Shown piece by piece: positions 38,204 through 48,149 of a DNA stretch of 64,000 nucleotides. This DNA is from Anaerolineae bacterium (lineage in GTDB: Bacteria > Chloroflexota > Anaerolineae > B4-G1 > DUEL01), in contig JBDOIF010000091.1 in assembly GCA_041082215.1 (NCBI GenBank), positions 9,841 through 73,840 of the forward strand, written 5' to 3'. A program made the position numbers and the translations under genes. Under the pieces are notes generated by a model. That model was given only the letters and a program-made list of their open reading frames with translations, did not search any database and was not told the DNA's origin. Within the stretch, counting starts at the first letter, position 1. The number at the start of each line of letters is the position of its first letter.

Positions 38204-39136
38204 ATGTTTGATATTGTTGAAAAGCGACGCTGGTATTTCATCGGCTCGGGGATCGTCATCCTCCTGGGTATCGCAGCGATGCTCCTGAGTCTTGTCCGTT
38301 TCGGGACGCCGGTCCGGTTGAGCATAGACTTCACCGGCGGAAGCCTGTTCGTCTTCCACTTCAAGGGCCCGGCCAGTGAGACGGCCATCCAGGAGGTCTT
38401 TGCCGCCAGTGGGCTGGGGGAGGCCATCGTGCAGCGGCTGGGGCGACCGGAGGAGAACACCTGGCAGGTCCGCACCCGGGAGGCGGCCCCCGAACAGGTC
38501 CAGGCGATCCTGAACGGCCTGGAGGCGGAGGTGGCGCCGGTGGATCGGGACCTGCTGACCTATGAGACGGTCTCCCCGATCATCGGCGGGGAGGTCACCC
38601 GGGCGGCGGGGATCGCAGTGGCGGTGGCCTCGTTCATCATCCTGGCGTTCATCTGGTGGTCGTTCCGCAGGGTTCCCCACGCCTTCCGCTACGGTGCGGC
38701 GGCGATCATTGCCATGCTCCACGACCTGCTGGTCGCGCTGGGGTTCTACGCCCTGACGGGGGTCCTCCAGGGCTGGGAGGTGGACGCCCTCTTCCTCACT
38801 GCCATTCTCACCGTCAGCGGCTTCTCCGTCCAGGATACCATCGTCGTTTTCGACCGCATCCGGGAGAACCTGCCCCGCTATCGGGGGGAGCCTTTCGAGC
38901 GGGTGGTCAACCGTTCCATCCTGGAGACGATCCACCGTTCCCTGGCGACGCAGTTGAACGCCATTTTTGTGATGATCGCTATCATCCTCTTCGGCGGCGC
39001 CACGATCCGCCCCTTTATCTCCACGATGCTGGTGGGGATGCTGAGCGGCACCTATTCTTCGATCTTTATCGCGGTGCCGCTGGTGGTGGTGTGGGAGCTG
39101 GCGGCCGAGCGACGGGCAGCAATGGCGACCGGCTAG
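38204..39136 (+). CDS. secF: Protein translocase subunit SecF
   Basis: IDFTGG, LHD, DTIVVFDRIREN, GTYSSIFIA. Confidence 0.96.
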   Translation: MFDIVEKRRWYFIGSGIVILLGIAAMLLSLVRFGTPVRLSIDFTGGSLFVFHFKGPASETAIQEVFAASGLGEAIVQRLGRPEENTWQVRTREAAPEQVQAILNGLEAEVAPVDRDLLTYETVSPIIGGEVTRAAGIAVAVASFIILAFIWWSFRRVPHAFRYGAAAIIAMLHDLLVALGFYALTGVLQGWEVDALFLTAILTVSGFSVQDTIVVFDRIRENLPRYRGEPFERVVNRSILETIHRSLATQLNAIFVMIAIILFGGATIRPFISTMLVGMLSGTYSSIFIAVPLVVVWELAAERRAAMATG

Positions 39137-39151
39137 AAAGGAGTTATCCCA

Positions 39152-39988
39152 ATGGTCAGGATCGTGACCGACACAACCTCCGGCCTGCCTCTGCATATCG
39201 CCGAGGCGAACGACATCCCGGTGTTGCCTCAGATCGTCATCTTCGGCGAGGAGACATACCGGGACGACACGGAGCTGGATACGGAGGCCTTCCTGCAGAA
39301 GCTGCGGACCTCACCGAACCTGCCCAAAACAGCGGCCCCGCCTCCGGCTCTGTTTACCCCTATCTTCGAGCGGCTGGTGGCAGAGGGGCACACCGTCATC
39401 TGCCTCCACCCTTCCACTGAGCTGAGCGGCACCGTCCGTTCCGCCACCGTCGCTGCACAGGACTTCCCGGAGGCGGACATCCGGGTGGTGGACACCCGCA
39501 CCATCGCCGGCCCTCTGGCGACGATGGTGCTCCTGGCCGCTCAGTGGGCCCGCGACGGGATGGACGCTGATGTCATCGTGGAACGGGTGCGCGATCTGAT
39601 GGCCCGCCAGCGGGTCTTCTTTGTGGTGGATACGCTGGAATATCTGCACAAGGGAGGGCGGATCGGCGGGGCCCAGGCTCTGCTGGGAGGACTCCTTCAG
39701 GTCAAGCCGATCCTCACTCTGAAGGACGGGCGGGTGGAGCCGCTGGAGCAGCAGCGGACCAAGCGGCGGGCGCTGGCGCGGCTGCGGGAGCTGGTGCTGG
39801 CGGAGTGTCCGCCCAGCCCGGAAGCTCACCTCTGTGTGATGCACGCCGCTGCTGAGGAGGAGGCGCAGGCCCTGGCCGCCGATTTCGCCAGCGCGCTGAA
39901 CCTGCCCGGGGTCCCCATCTACCTCCTGCCTCCCGCTATCGTCGTGCACGCAGGGCCGGGGGTGCTGGCGGCTGCATTTTTCGTGTAG
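39152..39988 (+). CDS. DegV family (FakB) fatty-acid-binding protein
   Basis: IVTDTT, PKTA, LSGT, LHKGGRIG, HAGPG. Confidence 0.93.
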   Translation: MVRIVTDTTSGLPLHIAEANDIPVLPQIVIFGEETYRDDTELDTEAFLQKLRTSPNLPKTAAPPPALFTPIFERLVAEGHTVICLHPSTELSGTVRSATVAAQDFPEADIRVVDTRTIAGPLATMVLLAAQWARDGMDADVIVERVRDLMARQRVFFVVDTLEYLHKGGRIGGAQALLGGLLQVKPILTLKDGRVEPLEQQRTKRRALARLRELVLAECPPSPEAHLCVMHAAAEEEAQALAADFASALNLPGVPIYLLPPAIVVHAGPGVLAAAFFV

Positions 39989-40035
39989 TATTACAACGGA
40001 ACAGCCCTCGCTCATATCAGGTGGGAGGTTGTCGG

Positions 40036-41154
40036 ATGGTCATCCACAAGGTGGATACGAGTGACCCCCGCGACGTGGAGCGCTTTGTTCAATTCCCCTT
40101 TCACCTTTATCGGAATTGTCCCCAATGGGTGCCCCCTGTGGTCTCCAGCGCCCGCAAGCAGTTGGACCGGAACCGTCATCCCTTTTACCACCATTCGGAT
40201 GCCGACTTCTTCCTGGCGCTTCGGGGGGATGAGGTGGTGGGACGGATCGCCGTGCTGGAGCCGCGGAAGCGAAACGCCTACCGGGGTCGCCGGGGGGCCT
40301 TTTTCTGCCTTTTTGAGGTGGTGGAGGACATCGAGGTTGCCCGTGGACTCTTTGCCGCCGCTTTCGATTGGGCGCGGGAGCGGGGGCTGGAGGAGATCAG
40401 CGGCCCGGAGGGGTTCCTGCCGGGCGACGCGCTGGGGGTGTTGATCAAGGGGTTCGAGCACCGCCCGGCGATGGGTATCACTTATAACTACGCTTATTAC
40501 GACGCCTTTATTCAGGATTCTGGCTTCCGCAAGCAGACCGACTACCACTCATGCTATCTGCCAGGGGATATTGAGCTTCCAGAGCGGGTCATCCGCATCG
40601 CGGAGAAGGTGAAACAGCGGCGCGGCTTCGAGGTCCTTCGCTTCCGCAGCAAAAAGGAACTGTGGGCGATCGCCCCCCGGGTGGTGGATGCCTATAATGC
40701 TGCGTTTTCCGAAAATCGGGAGTTCGTGCCCATCACAGGGGAGGACGCGCAGAAGATCGCCGAGCGGCTCATCGAACTGACCCAGCCGGACCTGGTGAAG
40801 GTGGTGGTGAAGGGGGACGAGATCGTCGGCTTTCTGCTGGGCTTCCCTGATGTCACAGCGGCACTTCAGCGGTGCAAGGGCAGGATTTACCCCTTCGGCT
40901 GGGCCATGCTGCTGTGGGAGTTCCGCCGCACCCGCTGGATCAATTTCAACGGGGCGGGGATCCTCCCCCAGTACCAGGGGCTGGGGGCAAACGCCGTCCT
41001 CTATTATGAGATGTACAAAACCTTTAAAGAGCGAGGGTTCCGCCACGCCGACCTGGTCCAGGTCAATGAGCAGAATACGAAAATGATGGCGGAACTGGAA
41101 GAGCTGGGGGCGGATTTCTACAAGGCGCACCGCATTTACGAACGGGAACTGTAG
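40036..41154 (+). CDS. YghO-like tandem GNAT-fold protein
   Basis: WVPP, HPFY, VVGRIA, YNYAYY, FLLGFPD; family recalled from memory. Confidence 0.7.
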   Translation: MVIHKVDTSDPRDVERFVQFPFHLYRNCPQWVPPVVSSARKQLDRNRHPFYHHSDADFFLALRGDEVVGRIAVLEPRKRNAYRGRRGAFFCLFEVVEDIEVARGLFAAAFDWARERGLEEISGPEGFLPGDALGVLIKGFEHRPAMGITYNYAYYDAFIQDSGFRKQTDYHSCYLPGDIELPERVIRIAEKVKQRRGFEVLRFRSKKELWAIAPRVVDAYNAAFSENREFVPITGEDAQKIAERLIELTQPDLVKVVVKGDEIVGFLLGFPDVTAALQRCKGRIYPFGWAMLLWEFRRTRWINFNGAGILPQYQGLGANAVLYYEMYKTFKERGFRHADLVQVNEQNTKMMAELEELGADFYKAHRIYEREL

Positions 41155-41200
41155 GGGCGCGGTGGGGGCGCAGTAGGAACGCAGTGCACTGCGCCCCTAC
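41151..41200. repeat. GTAG REP element bridging convergent genes
   Basis: GTAGGGGCGC...GCGCCCCTAC; contains both stop codons. Confidence 0.8.
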
Positions 41201-42072
41201 CGGGCGGTGTCTGCCACCAGCTCCGCTACCTGTTCGGGGTGGGCCGCCACGCGAACCCCTGCCGCCTCCAGCGCGGCGATCTTGGCGGCGGCGGTCCCCT
41301 CCCCTCCCTCGATGATCGCCCCGGCATGGCCCATCCGCTTGCCCGGCGGGGCCGTCTGCCCGGCGATGAAGGCGACCACCGGCTTGGTCATCCGCTCCCT
41401 GACGAACCGGGCGGCGATCTCCTCGTCGTTGCCGCCGATCTCACCGATGAGCACCACCTGCTCCGTCTTCGGGTCCGCCTCAAACATCTCCAGAACGTCC
41501 ACGAAGCGGGTGCCGATGATCGGGTCGCCCCCGATCCCCACACAGGTGGTCTGCCCGATCCCCCGCATCGTCAGCGCGTAGACCACCTCGTAGGTGAGCG
41601 TGCCGGAGCGGGAGACGACGCCGACCGGGCCGGGAGTGGCGATGTGGCCCGGCATGATGCCCACCTTTGCCTCGCCGGGGGTCAGGAGGCCCGGGCAGTT
41701 CGGCCCCACCAGCCGCGTCCCTTTCTGATCCAGATAGGCCTTCACGCGGATCATGTCGTTGACCGGGATCCCCTCGGTGATGCAGACCACCAGCCCGATC
41801 CCGGCGTCGGCGGCCTCCAGAATGGCATCCACCGCGAAGCGGGCCGGGACATAGATGACGGAGGTGTTGGCTCCGGTGGCCTCCACGGCCTCCCGCACCG
41901 TGTCGAAGACCGGCACCCGGCCGTCACAGGCACTCTGTCCACCTTTTCCGGGGGTCACCCCTGCCACAACCCGGGTCCCGTACTCCAGCATCTGCCGCGA
42001 ATGGAACTCACCCTCCCGGCCGGTGATGCCCTGCACCACCAGGCGGGTGTTTTTGTCTACCAGGATTGCCAT
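41197..42072 (-). CDS. sucD: Succinyl-CoA synthetase alpha subunit
   Basis: [28 protein letters not shown]. Confidence 0.97.
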   Translation of the reverse strand: MAILVDKNTRLVVQGITGREGEFHSRQMLEYGTRVVAGVTPGKGGQSACDGRVPVFDTVREAVEATGANTSVIYVPARFAVDAILEAADAGIGLVVCITEGIPVNDMIRVKAYLDQKGTRLVGPNCPGLLTPGEAKVGIMPGHIATPGPVGVVSRSGTLTYEVVYALTMRGIGQTTCVGIGGDPIIGTRFVDVLEMFEADPKTEQVVLIGEIGGNDEEIAARFVRERMTKPVVAFIAGQTAPPGKRMGHAGAIIEGGEGTAAAKIAALEAAGVRVAAHPEQVAELVADTAR

Positions 42073-42086
42073 TGATCCCTCCACTT

Positions 42087-42147
42087 ACGTATCACGGAAC
42101 ACGAAGTACGGAATACATATTCCGTATTGCGTATTACGGGTTTCGTG
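42087..42147. repeat. 7-nt periodic palindromic repeat at the sucC/sucD junction
   Basis: acgtatc acggaac acgaagt acggaat ... attccgt attgcgt attacgg. Confidence 0.65.
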
Positions 42148-43276
42148 CAGCCGCCACTGCCTTCTGGGCTGCCTCGGCCAGGGTGGTGGCGGTGATCATC
42201 CGGTAATCCGATCCCTCCAGGAGCCGTCGCCCCTCTTCTTCGTTGGTGCCTACCAGCCGGACGACCATCGGCACCCGGGGCCTGACCTCCTCCAGGGCGT
42301 CAAGGATCCCTCTCGCCACCTCATCGCAGCGGGTGATGCCGCCGAAGATGTTGAAGAGAACCGCCTTGACGTTGGGATCGGCCAGGATGAGCCGCAGGGC
42401 GGCCGCCACCCGGTCCGCCTTCGCCCCGCCGCCGATGTCGAGGAAGTTGGCCGGTGCGCCGCCGAAGTGTTTGGTGATGTCCATCGTCGCCATCGCCAGC
42501 CCGGCCCCGTTTACCATGCAGCCGATCTCGCCATCGAGCTGGACGTAGGAAAGGCCGGCTTCGCGGGCCTCCCGCTCTGTGGGCGTCTCCTCGTCCACAT
42601 CCCGCATCCCGGCCAGGTCCGGGTGGCGGAAGAGGCCGTTGTCATCCAGCACCATCTTGCCGTCCACCGCCAGCAGGGTCCCTTCGCCGGTCACCACCAG
42701 CGGGTTGATTTCCGCCAGCGATGCATCCGATTCGACGAAGGCCCGGTACAGCCCCTGGGCGATCTGGTCGAAAGAGCGGTGGAAGGCCGGGTCCAGCCCG
42801 ATCCCTTTGGCCAGCGAGAGGGTCTGGTAGCTCCGCAGGCCGATGAAGGGGTCAATATGGACCTTTTTGATGGCCTCCGGGTTGGTGCGGGCGACCTCCT
42901 CGATCTCGACGCCGCCTTCGGAGGAGGCGATCATCACCGGTCGGGCTGCCGCCCGGTCCACCACGATGCCCAGGTAAATCTCCTGGCGGATGTCGGCTGC
43001 CCGGTCCACCAGCACTTTGCGCACGGGCAGCCCTTTGATCTGGAGGGAGAGGATCTGAGCGGCCAGCTTCTCCGCCTCTTCAGGGGTGTGGGCGAGCTTG
43101 ATGCCGCCCGCCTTGCCCCGACCGCCGACCAGGACCTGGGATTTGATGACCACCGGCCCGCCGAGCCGCTCGGCGATGGCGCGGGCCTCCCCGGGTGTCG
43201 TCGCCACGTCCCCATCGGGGATGGGGATGCCGTACTGCGCGAAGATGCGCTTGGATTGATACTCGTGGAGTTTCAC
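42134..43276 (-). CDS. sucC: Succinyl-CoA synthetase beta subunit
   Basis: [39 protein letters not shown]. Confidence 0.97.
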   Translation of the reverse strand: MKLHEYQSKRIFAQYGIPIPDGDVATTPGEARAIAERLGGPVVIKSQVLVGGRGKAGGIKLAHTPEEAEKLAAQILSLQIKGLPVRKVLVDRAADIRQEIYLGIVVDRAAARPVMIASSEGGVEIEEVARTNPEAIKKVHIDPFIGLRSYQTLSLAKGIGLDPAFHRSFDQIAQGLYRAFVESDASLAEINPLVVTGEGTLLAVDGKMVLDDNGLFRHPDLAGMRDVDEETPTEREAREAGLSYVQLDGEIGCMVNGAGLAMATMDITKHFGGAPANFLDIGGGAKADRVAAALRLILADPNVKAVLFNIFGGITRCDEVARGILDALEEVRPRVPMVVRLVGTNEEEGRRLLEGSDYRMITATTLAEAAQKAVAAARNP

Positions 43277-43505
43277 AGGTGTGCCTCCTATCTCAGAGCA
43301 TTGCAGCCTGAAGCGGGGTGATTATACCATACCCGGGCGGGTTGTAAAACCGATTGACGGAGCACTGAAAACGCTGAGGGGACATAACCGCTTACGGAAG
43401 GGGCAGGGGAAGGGGTGAGGGCCGGGCGGAGCGATCGGCCTCCGGCGTAGGCAGTTACAAGGGTGCTAAGAATTCTCTGCAGTTCTTCTCCTGAGAGGAA
43501 TAAGA

Positions 43506-43539
43506 TCGAGGTGCGGCGCACGGGCGCACCGCACCTCGA
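43506..43539. other. Strong hairpin downstream of the DUF4190-like gene (terminator or stabiliser)
   Basis: TCGAGGTGCGG...CCGCACCTCGA. Confidence 0.45.
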
Positions 43540-43590
43540 ACGGAGTGCCCTCGGGAACAGGCAGGTGGATGGAAGCCCTCAGCTTATGGG

Positions 43591-43938
43591 TCAGGGCTGA
43601 AACCGGCGCAGCAGCTCCTCCCAGTTGATCTGCCCTGTCATCCCCAGGTAGGCTCCGATGATGGAGTTGGCGCAGCTAATGAGGAGCGTCAGCGCGCCCA
43701 GTGCAGTCGCGACGATGCCCAGAATCCTTGCTGTCTGTGGGTTTTCGTCTTCTTTCCCCTTCATCAGCCCGATGATGCCCAGGACCAGTGCCGCAATGGC
43801 GAAGACATAGCCCAGCCCGGCGCAGGCGACGCCGGCACACAGACCCAGCCCTCCGATGACTGTACCGATGATGCCCAGGGTCTTCCCGGTATTCCCCTTA
43901 CCTTTCGGTGGGACCTCGATATACGGTGCTTCTGCCAT
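43591..43938 (-). CDS. Small membrane protein (DUF4190-like)
   Basis: LGIIG...ALVLGIIGL...LGIVATALG pattern; RBS AAAGGAGG. Confidence 0.65.
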   Translation of the reverse strand: MAEAPYIEVPPKGKGNTGKTLGIIGTVIGGLGLCAGVACAGLGYVFAIAALVLGIIGLMKGKEDENPQTARILGIVATALGALTLLISCANSIIGAYLGMTGQINWEELLRRFQP

Positions 43939-43964
43939 TACACGACCTCCTTTCAAAAATGGGG

Positions 43965-45107
43965 TTAATCTCGGAGGATGTGCCGCGCGATCACCAGCCG
44001 CTGAATTTCATTGGTCCCTTCGCCGATGGCACAGAGCCGCTGATCCCGGTACATCCGCTCCACCTCATATTCCCGCATGTAACCGTAACCGCCGTGAATC
44101 TGGATGGCCCGCCGACAGACCCGCTCTGAGATTTCGGTGGTGAACAGTTTGGCCATCGAGGCCTCCTGGGTGAAACGGTCCCCCTTCTCCCGCAGCCAGG
44201 CGGCCCGGTAGACCAGGAGCCTGGCGGCTTCGATCTCTGTGATCGAATCGGCCAGCATCCACTGGATCGCCTGGAAGTTGGCGATGGGTTGCCCGAACTG
44301 GACCCGCTCCTTGGCGTAGGCGAGGGCCCGCTCGTAGGCCCCCTGGGCCAGCCCCAGGGCCATCGCGGCGATCGCCACCCGTCCCGCGTCCAGTGTGCGG
44401 AGGAACTGCTTGAACCCCTCATTCTCCTTGCCGAGCAGGTTCTCCGCCGGGATGCGGCAGTCCTCGAAGAACAGCTCCGATGTGACGGAGCCTTTCAGCC
44501 CCATCTTCTTCTCGTCCCGCCCGGGGCGGAACCCGGGGGTCCCTTTCTCTATAATGAAGGCAGAAATGCCCCGGGTGCCAGCTTCGGGGTCGGTTTTGGC
44601 GGTGATGACCACCACGTCGGCGATGGAGCCGTTGGTGATGAAGCACTTCTGACCGTTGATGACCCAGTGGTCGCCGTCGCGGACGGCGCGGGTGCGGGTG
44701 GCGCCGGCATCGGAACCGGCCTGGGGCTCGGTAAGGCCAAAAGCGCCGATCTTCTCCCCCCGCGCCAGCGGGACCAGGTATTTTCGCTTCTGTTCCTCGG
44801 TGCCGAAAAGGTAGATCGGCTCGCAGCAGAGGGAAGTGTGGGCGTCCAGCGTGATGGCCATCGAGCCGGAGACGCGGGCGATCTCTTCCAGGGCGATGAC
44901 CAGGCTCATGTAGTCGCCGCCAGAGCCCCCGTACTCCTCCGGAAATGGAAGCCCCAGGATACCCAGCTCTCCCATCCGGCGAAAGAGGTCCTCAGGGAAG
45001 ACGTCGGTGGCATCAATCTCCTCAGCGCGGGGGGCGATCTCCTTCTCGGCGAACTCCCGTACCATGCGGCGGATCATCCGGTATTCCTCGCTCAGCTCGA
45101 AGTCCAT
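43965..45107 (-). CDS. Acyl-CoA dehydrogenase
   Basis: FGLTEPQAGSD, KMGLKGS, IHGGYGY, IGEGTNEIQR. Confidence 0.95.
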   Translation of the reverse strand: MDFELSEEYRMIRRMVREFAEKEIAPRAEEIDATDVFPEDLFRRMGELGILGLPFPEEYGGSGGDYMSLVIALEEIARVSGSMAITLDAHTSLCCEPIYLFGTEEQKRKYLVPLARGEKIGAFGLTEPQAGSDAGATRTRAVRDGDHWVINGQKCFITNGSIADVVVITAKTDPEAGTRGISAFIIEKGTPGFRPGRDEKKMGLKGSVTSELFFEDCRIPAENLLGKENEGFKQFLRTLDAGRVAIAAMALGLAQGAYERALAYAKERVQFGQPIANFQAIQWMLADSITEIEAARLLVYRAAWLREKGDRFTQEASMAKLFTTEISERVCRRAIQIHGGYGYMREYEVERMYRDQRLCAIGEGTNEIQRLVIARHILRD

Positions 45108-45156
45108 ACCTTCCTCCTCTTCAGTTGGTCTCTTGTCTGTGTTGAGATGAGGGCTA

Positions 45157-45735
45157 TTACCAGTGCAGCAACTGGAGGAGCGTCTCCATCCCGTAATATC
45201 CGGCCAGCGCGAAGGCGATGTTCTTGAGCACCTTGCCAGCAGCGCAGCTTACCAGGAACCTCCACACCGGAAAGCGGAGTGCTCCGGCAGCGATGCCCCC
45301 CACATCGAAGGCGGGGTTGGGGACCAGCGCCAGGAGGAAGATGGTGAGGGATCCGTGGCGCTGCATCCAGGCGACGATGCGGTCGTAGGTGGAGCCCCGA
45401 TCCACCAGCCCCTGCCCGCTGTAGCCGACCATGTAGCCGGAAAGCTCCCCCAGCGCCTGCCCGACCCCCCCCACCAGCCCTACCAGCCAGGGGTTAAAGA
45501 CCCCCCCCATCAGGGAACTGACCGCCAGACCGGGGATGGGGAGGATGATGGTGGCGTTGCTGACCAGGCCGACGAGGAAGACCGCTGCGTAGCCGTACCC
45601 CGCCAGCTCCTGAAGATGGTCCCGGAAGTAGATCGCCGCAGCCGATGCGCCAATGACCACGATCACCGTAAGCGCCTGGATCAGCCGCAGCCGCCAGCGG
45701 ACGGGCCGGGAAGGGGGAAGGCGGCGTTCAGCCAT
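45157..45735 (-). CDS. VTT/DedA (SNARE-associated) membrane protein
   Basis: ATIILPIPG, GELSGYMVG, VPNPAFDVGG; start trimmed to 45735. Confidence 0.8.
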   Translation of the reverse strand: MAERRLPPSRPVRWRLRLIQALTVIVVIGASAAAIYFRDHLQELAGYGYAAVFLVGLVSNATIILPIPGLAVSSLMGGVFNPWLVGLVGGVGQALGELSGYMVGYSGQGLVDRGSTYDRIVAWMQRHGSLTIFLLALVPNPAFDVGGIAAGALRFPVWRFLVSCAAGKVLKNIAFALAGYYGMETLLQLLHW

Positions 45736-47086
45736 CCTGCGTTTTCCTCTGGAAGGGAGCGCCCAGGCGGATGACCTGATCGGGTGCGCCGGCAACCCCC
45801 TTCGTCGCGTTGCAGCAATCCACCACCAGACGGGCTTTCTCCACCACCCGCCTGTAGTCCAGGCGACGGTGCCCGGTGACGATGACCACACAGTCGGCTT
45901 TGGCCAGCTCCGCATCGGTGAGGGGGACCGATTCCAGAGTGGCGTTGGGCTGGCAGAACACGTTCCCCCCAATGCGGAAGCGAGGCACGTAGGGGTCGTG
46001 GTAGTGGACCTGCGCCCCCTGTGTCAGAAGCAGCTCGATCACCCGCTCGGCAGGAGAGTTGCGGGAGTCCTCCACCTCCGGCTTGAAAGCCACCCCCAGC
46101 ACCAATACCCGGGCGCCGTTCAGGGGCCGGCCCTGTCGGGAGAGGGCCTTCGCCACCAGGTCCACCACGTGGTAGGGCATCGCCTGGTTGACCTCGGCGG
46201 CCAGCTCGATGAACTTGGTGTAGAAATCGTACTCGCGGGCTTTCCAGCTCAGGTAGTAGGGGTCCACGGGTATGCAGTGTCCCCCCACCCCCGCCCCCGG
46301 GTAGAAGGGCATGAAGCCGAAGGGCTTGGTGCGGGCTGCCTCGATCACTTCCCAGAAATCAATCCCCATCCTCTCCGCCAGCAGCGCCAGCTCGTTCACC
46401 AGGGCGATGTTGACGGAGCGGAAGATGTTCTCCAGGAGCTTGGTCATCTCGGCGGCCCGGGGGGAGGAGACGGGGTGAACAGGGGCGCCCATCTGGCTTA
46501 AGAGCTCGCAGGCCAGTCGGGTGCACTCGGGGGTGAGGCCGCCGACCACCTTGGGCGTATTGTAAGCCGACCACTGCCGGTTGCCGGGGTCAATCCGCTC
46601 AGGGGAGAAGGCCAGGTAGAAGTCCTTCCCCGCCTTGAGGCCGCTCTGTTCCAGGATGGGCTGGACTACCTCCTCGGTGGTGCCGGGGTAGGTGGTGGAT
46701 TGGAGGATGACGAGCTGGCCGGGCCGCAGTCGGGAGCGGATCCCCTCGGCGGCGGCGCGGATGAAGGAGAGGTCGGGGGCGCGCTGAGCGTCGTAGGGGG
46801 TGGGGACGCAGATGAAGATGGCATCTGCCTGGTGCAGTGCATCGTAGCTGGTGGTGGCCTGAAGAAGGCCGGACTCCACGCAGGGGGCCAGCTCCGCATC
46901 CGATACATCGCCAATGTAGCTGTGGCCGGCGTTGAGGGCGGTCACCTTTTTTTCGTCCACATCCAGACCGGTTACGCGGAACCCGGCGCGGGCAAAACTC
47001 AGCGCCAGCGGCAGCCCCACGTACCCCAGCCCGATCACAGCAATGTGGGCGGAACGGTTGGCGATTTTGTTCTGGAGGGTGTTCAT
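45728..47086 (-). CDS. Nucleotide sugar dehydrogenase (UDP-GlcNAc 6-dehydrogenase-like)
   Basis: GLGYVGLP, CVPTP, STTYPGTT, SPERIDPG, GGHCIPVDP. Confidence 0.92.
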   Translation of the reverse strand: MNTLQNKIANRSAHIAVIGLGYVGLPLALSFARAGFRVTGLDVDEKKVTALNAGHSYIGDVSDAELAPCVESGLLQATTSYDALHQADAIFICVPTPYDAQRAPDLSFIRAAAEGIRSRLRPGQLVILQSTTYPGTTEEVVQPILEQSGLKAGKDFYLAFSPERIDPGNRQWSAYNTPKVVGGLTPECTRLACELLSQMGAPVHPVSSPRAAEMTKLLENIFRSVNIALVNELALLAERMGIDFWEVIEAARTKPFGFMPFYPGAGVGGHCIPVDPYYLSWKAREYDFYTKFIELAAEVNQAMPYHVVDLVAKALSRQGRPLNGARVLVLGVAFKPEVEDSRNSPAERVIELLLTQGAQVHYHDPYVPRFRIGGNVFCQPNATLESVPLTDAELAKADCVVIVTGHRRLDYRRVVEKARLVVDCCNATKGVAGAPDQVIRLGAPFQRKTQDG

Positions 47087-47152
47087 AGCTGGTTGCTGGT
47101 TACTGGTTACTGGTAGCTGGTTGCTCGTGACCCGTTGCTCGTTGCTGGTGGT
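47087..47152. repeat. 7-nt tandem repeat forming the end of the WecA-like gene
   Basis: ggttgct ggttact ggttact ggtagct ggttgct cgtgacc cgttgct cgttgct. Confidence 0.7.
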
Positions 47153-48149
47153 TCCAGAAGGGTGGGCGTTCGAGCCGCCAGAGGCCGTAAAGGCCGGCAA
47201 GGAAGGCCAGCCCGCCCACGGTGTACCCCTCCGCCACAGAGGCCTGCGTGACGAAGGTGGCCAGCATCCCCAGGACGAAGGCCACGACGTACAGGGTGAG
47301 GACGGCCTCCCGCTGGGTCATCCCGGCGGCCACCAGCCGGTGGGAGACGTGGTCCTTCCCCGGGTGGGTCAGCGGATTCAGTCCCCGGCGGAGGCGGGAG
47401 AGGGTGACCAGCGTGGTGTCGAAGATCGGCAGCCCCATCACCAGCACCGGCACCATCCAGGTGACAAAGGTGACGTTTTCGGGAAAGCGGAGTTTGATAC
47501 CGATGGCAGCCAGAGTGAACCCCAGAAAGAGGGCGCCGGAATCTCCCATAAAGATGCTGGCCGGGTTCAGGTTGTAGAACAGGAAGCCCAGGCAGGCTCC
47601 CAGTACGGCGATGGAGAGGGCCCCCACCAGGTACTGGCCGCTGAAGGCGCACATCAGGGCGAAGTAGGCGGCGGCGATGGCGGATACCCCTCCTGCCAGC
47701 CCGTCCATATTGTCCAGCAGGTTGATGCCGTTGGTGATGTAGATCACCCACAGCAGCGTGACGGGCAGGTCAAGGATGGGGGTGTGGAAGGTGCCGACGC
47801 GGACGCCGGTGGCCCAGAGGAGGAGGGCGGCCAGGACCTGCCCGGCCAGCTTGACCATAGGGCGAAGCCCCCAGCGGTCGTCTACCAGCCCCATAAAGGA
47901 AACGCCGGTGGCCCCGACGACAATGGAGCCGAACTGGGCGAAGTTGTACCGTTCCCCCACGACAACGGCGGCGGCAAGCACTGCCAGGTAGATCGCCACC
48001 CCTCCCAAACGGGGAACAGGGCGGGCATGGACCTTTCGGGCCGATGGCCGGTCCATCATCCCCAGCCGGGGGGCCAGGTAGCGGGCCAGGGGCGTCCCGG
48101 CCACCGCCAGCACCAGCGCGCCGGCGAAGACAAGGATGTAGATGGTCAC
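47100..48149 (-). CDS. WecA/TagO-type polyprenyl-phosphate GlcNAc-1-phosphate transferase
   Basis: PRLGG, GLVDD, NLLDNMDGL, FMGDSG, PIFDT, DHVSHRL. Confidence 0.92.
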   Translation of the reverse strand: MTIYILVFAGALVLAVAGTPLARYLAPRLGMMDRPSARKVHARPVPRLGGVAIYLAVLAAAVVVGERYNFAQFGSIVVGATGVSFMGLVDDRWGLRPMVKLAGQVLAALLLWATGVRVGTFHTPILDLPVTLLWVIYITNGINLLDNMDGLAGGVSAIAAAYFALMCAFSGQYLVGALSIAVLGACLGFLFYNLNPASIFMGDSGALFLGFTLAAIGIKLRFPENVTFVTWMVPVLVMGLPIFDTTLVTLSRLRRGLNPLTHPGKDHVSHRLVAAGMTQREAVLTLYVVAFVLGMLATFVTQASVAEGYTVGGLAFLAGLYGLWRLERPPFWNHQQRATGHEQPATSNQ

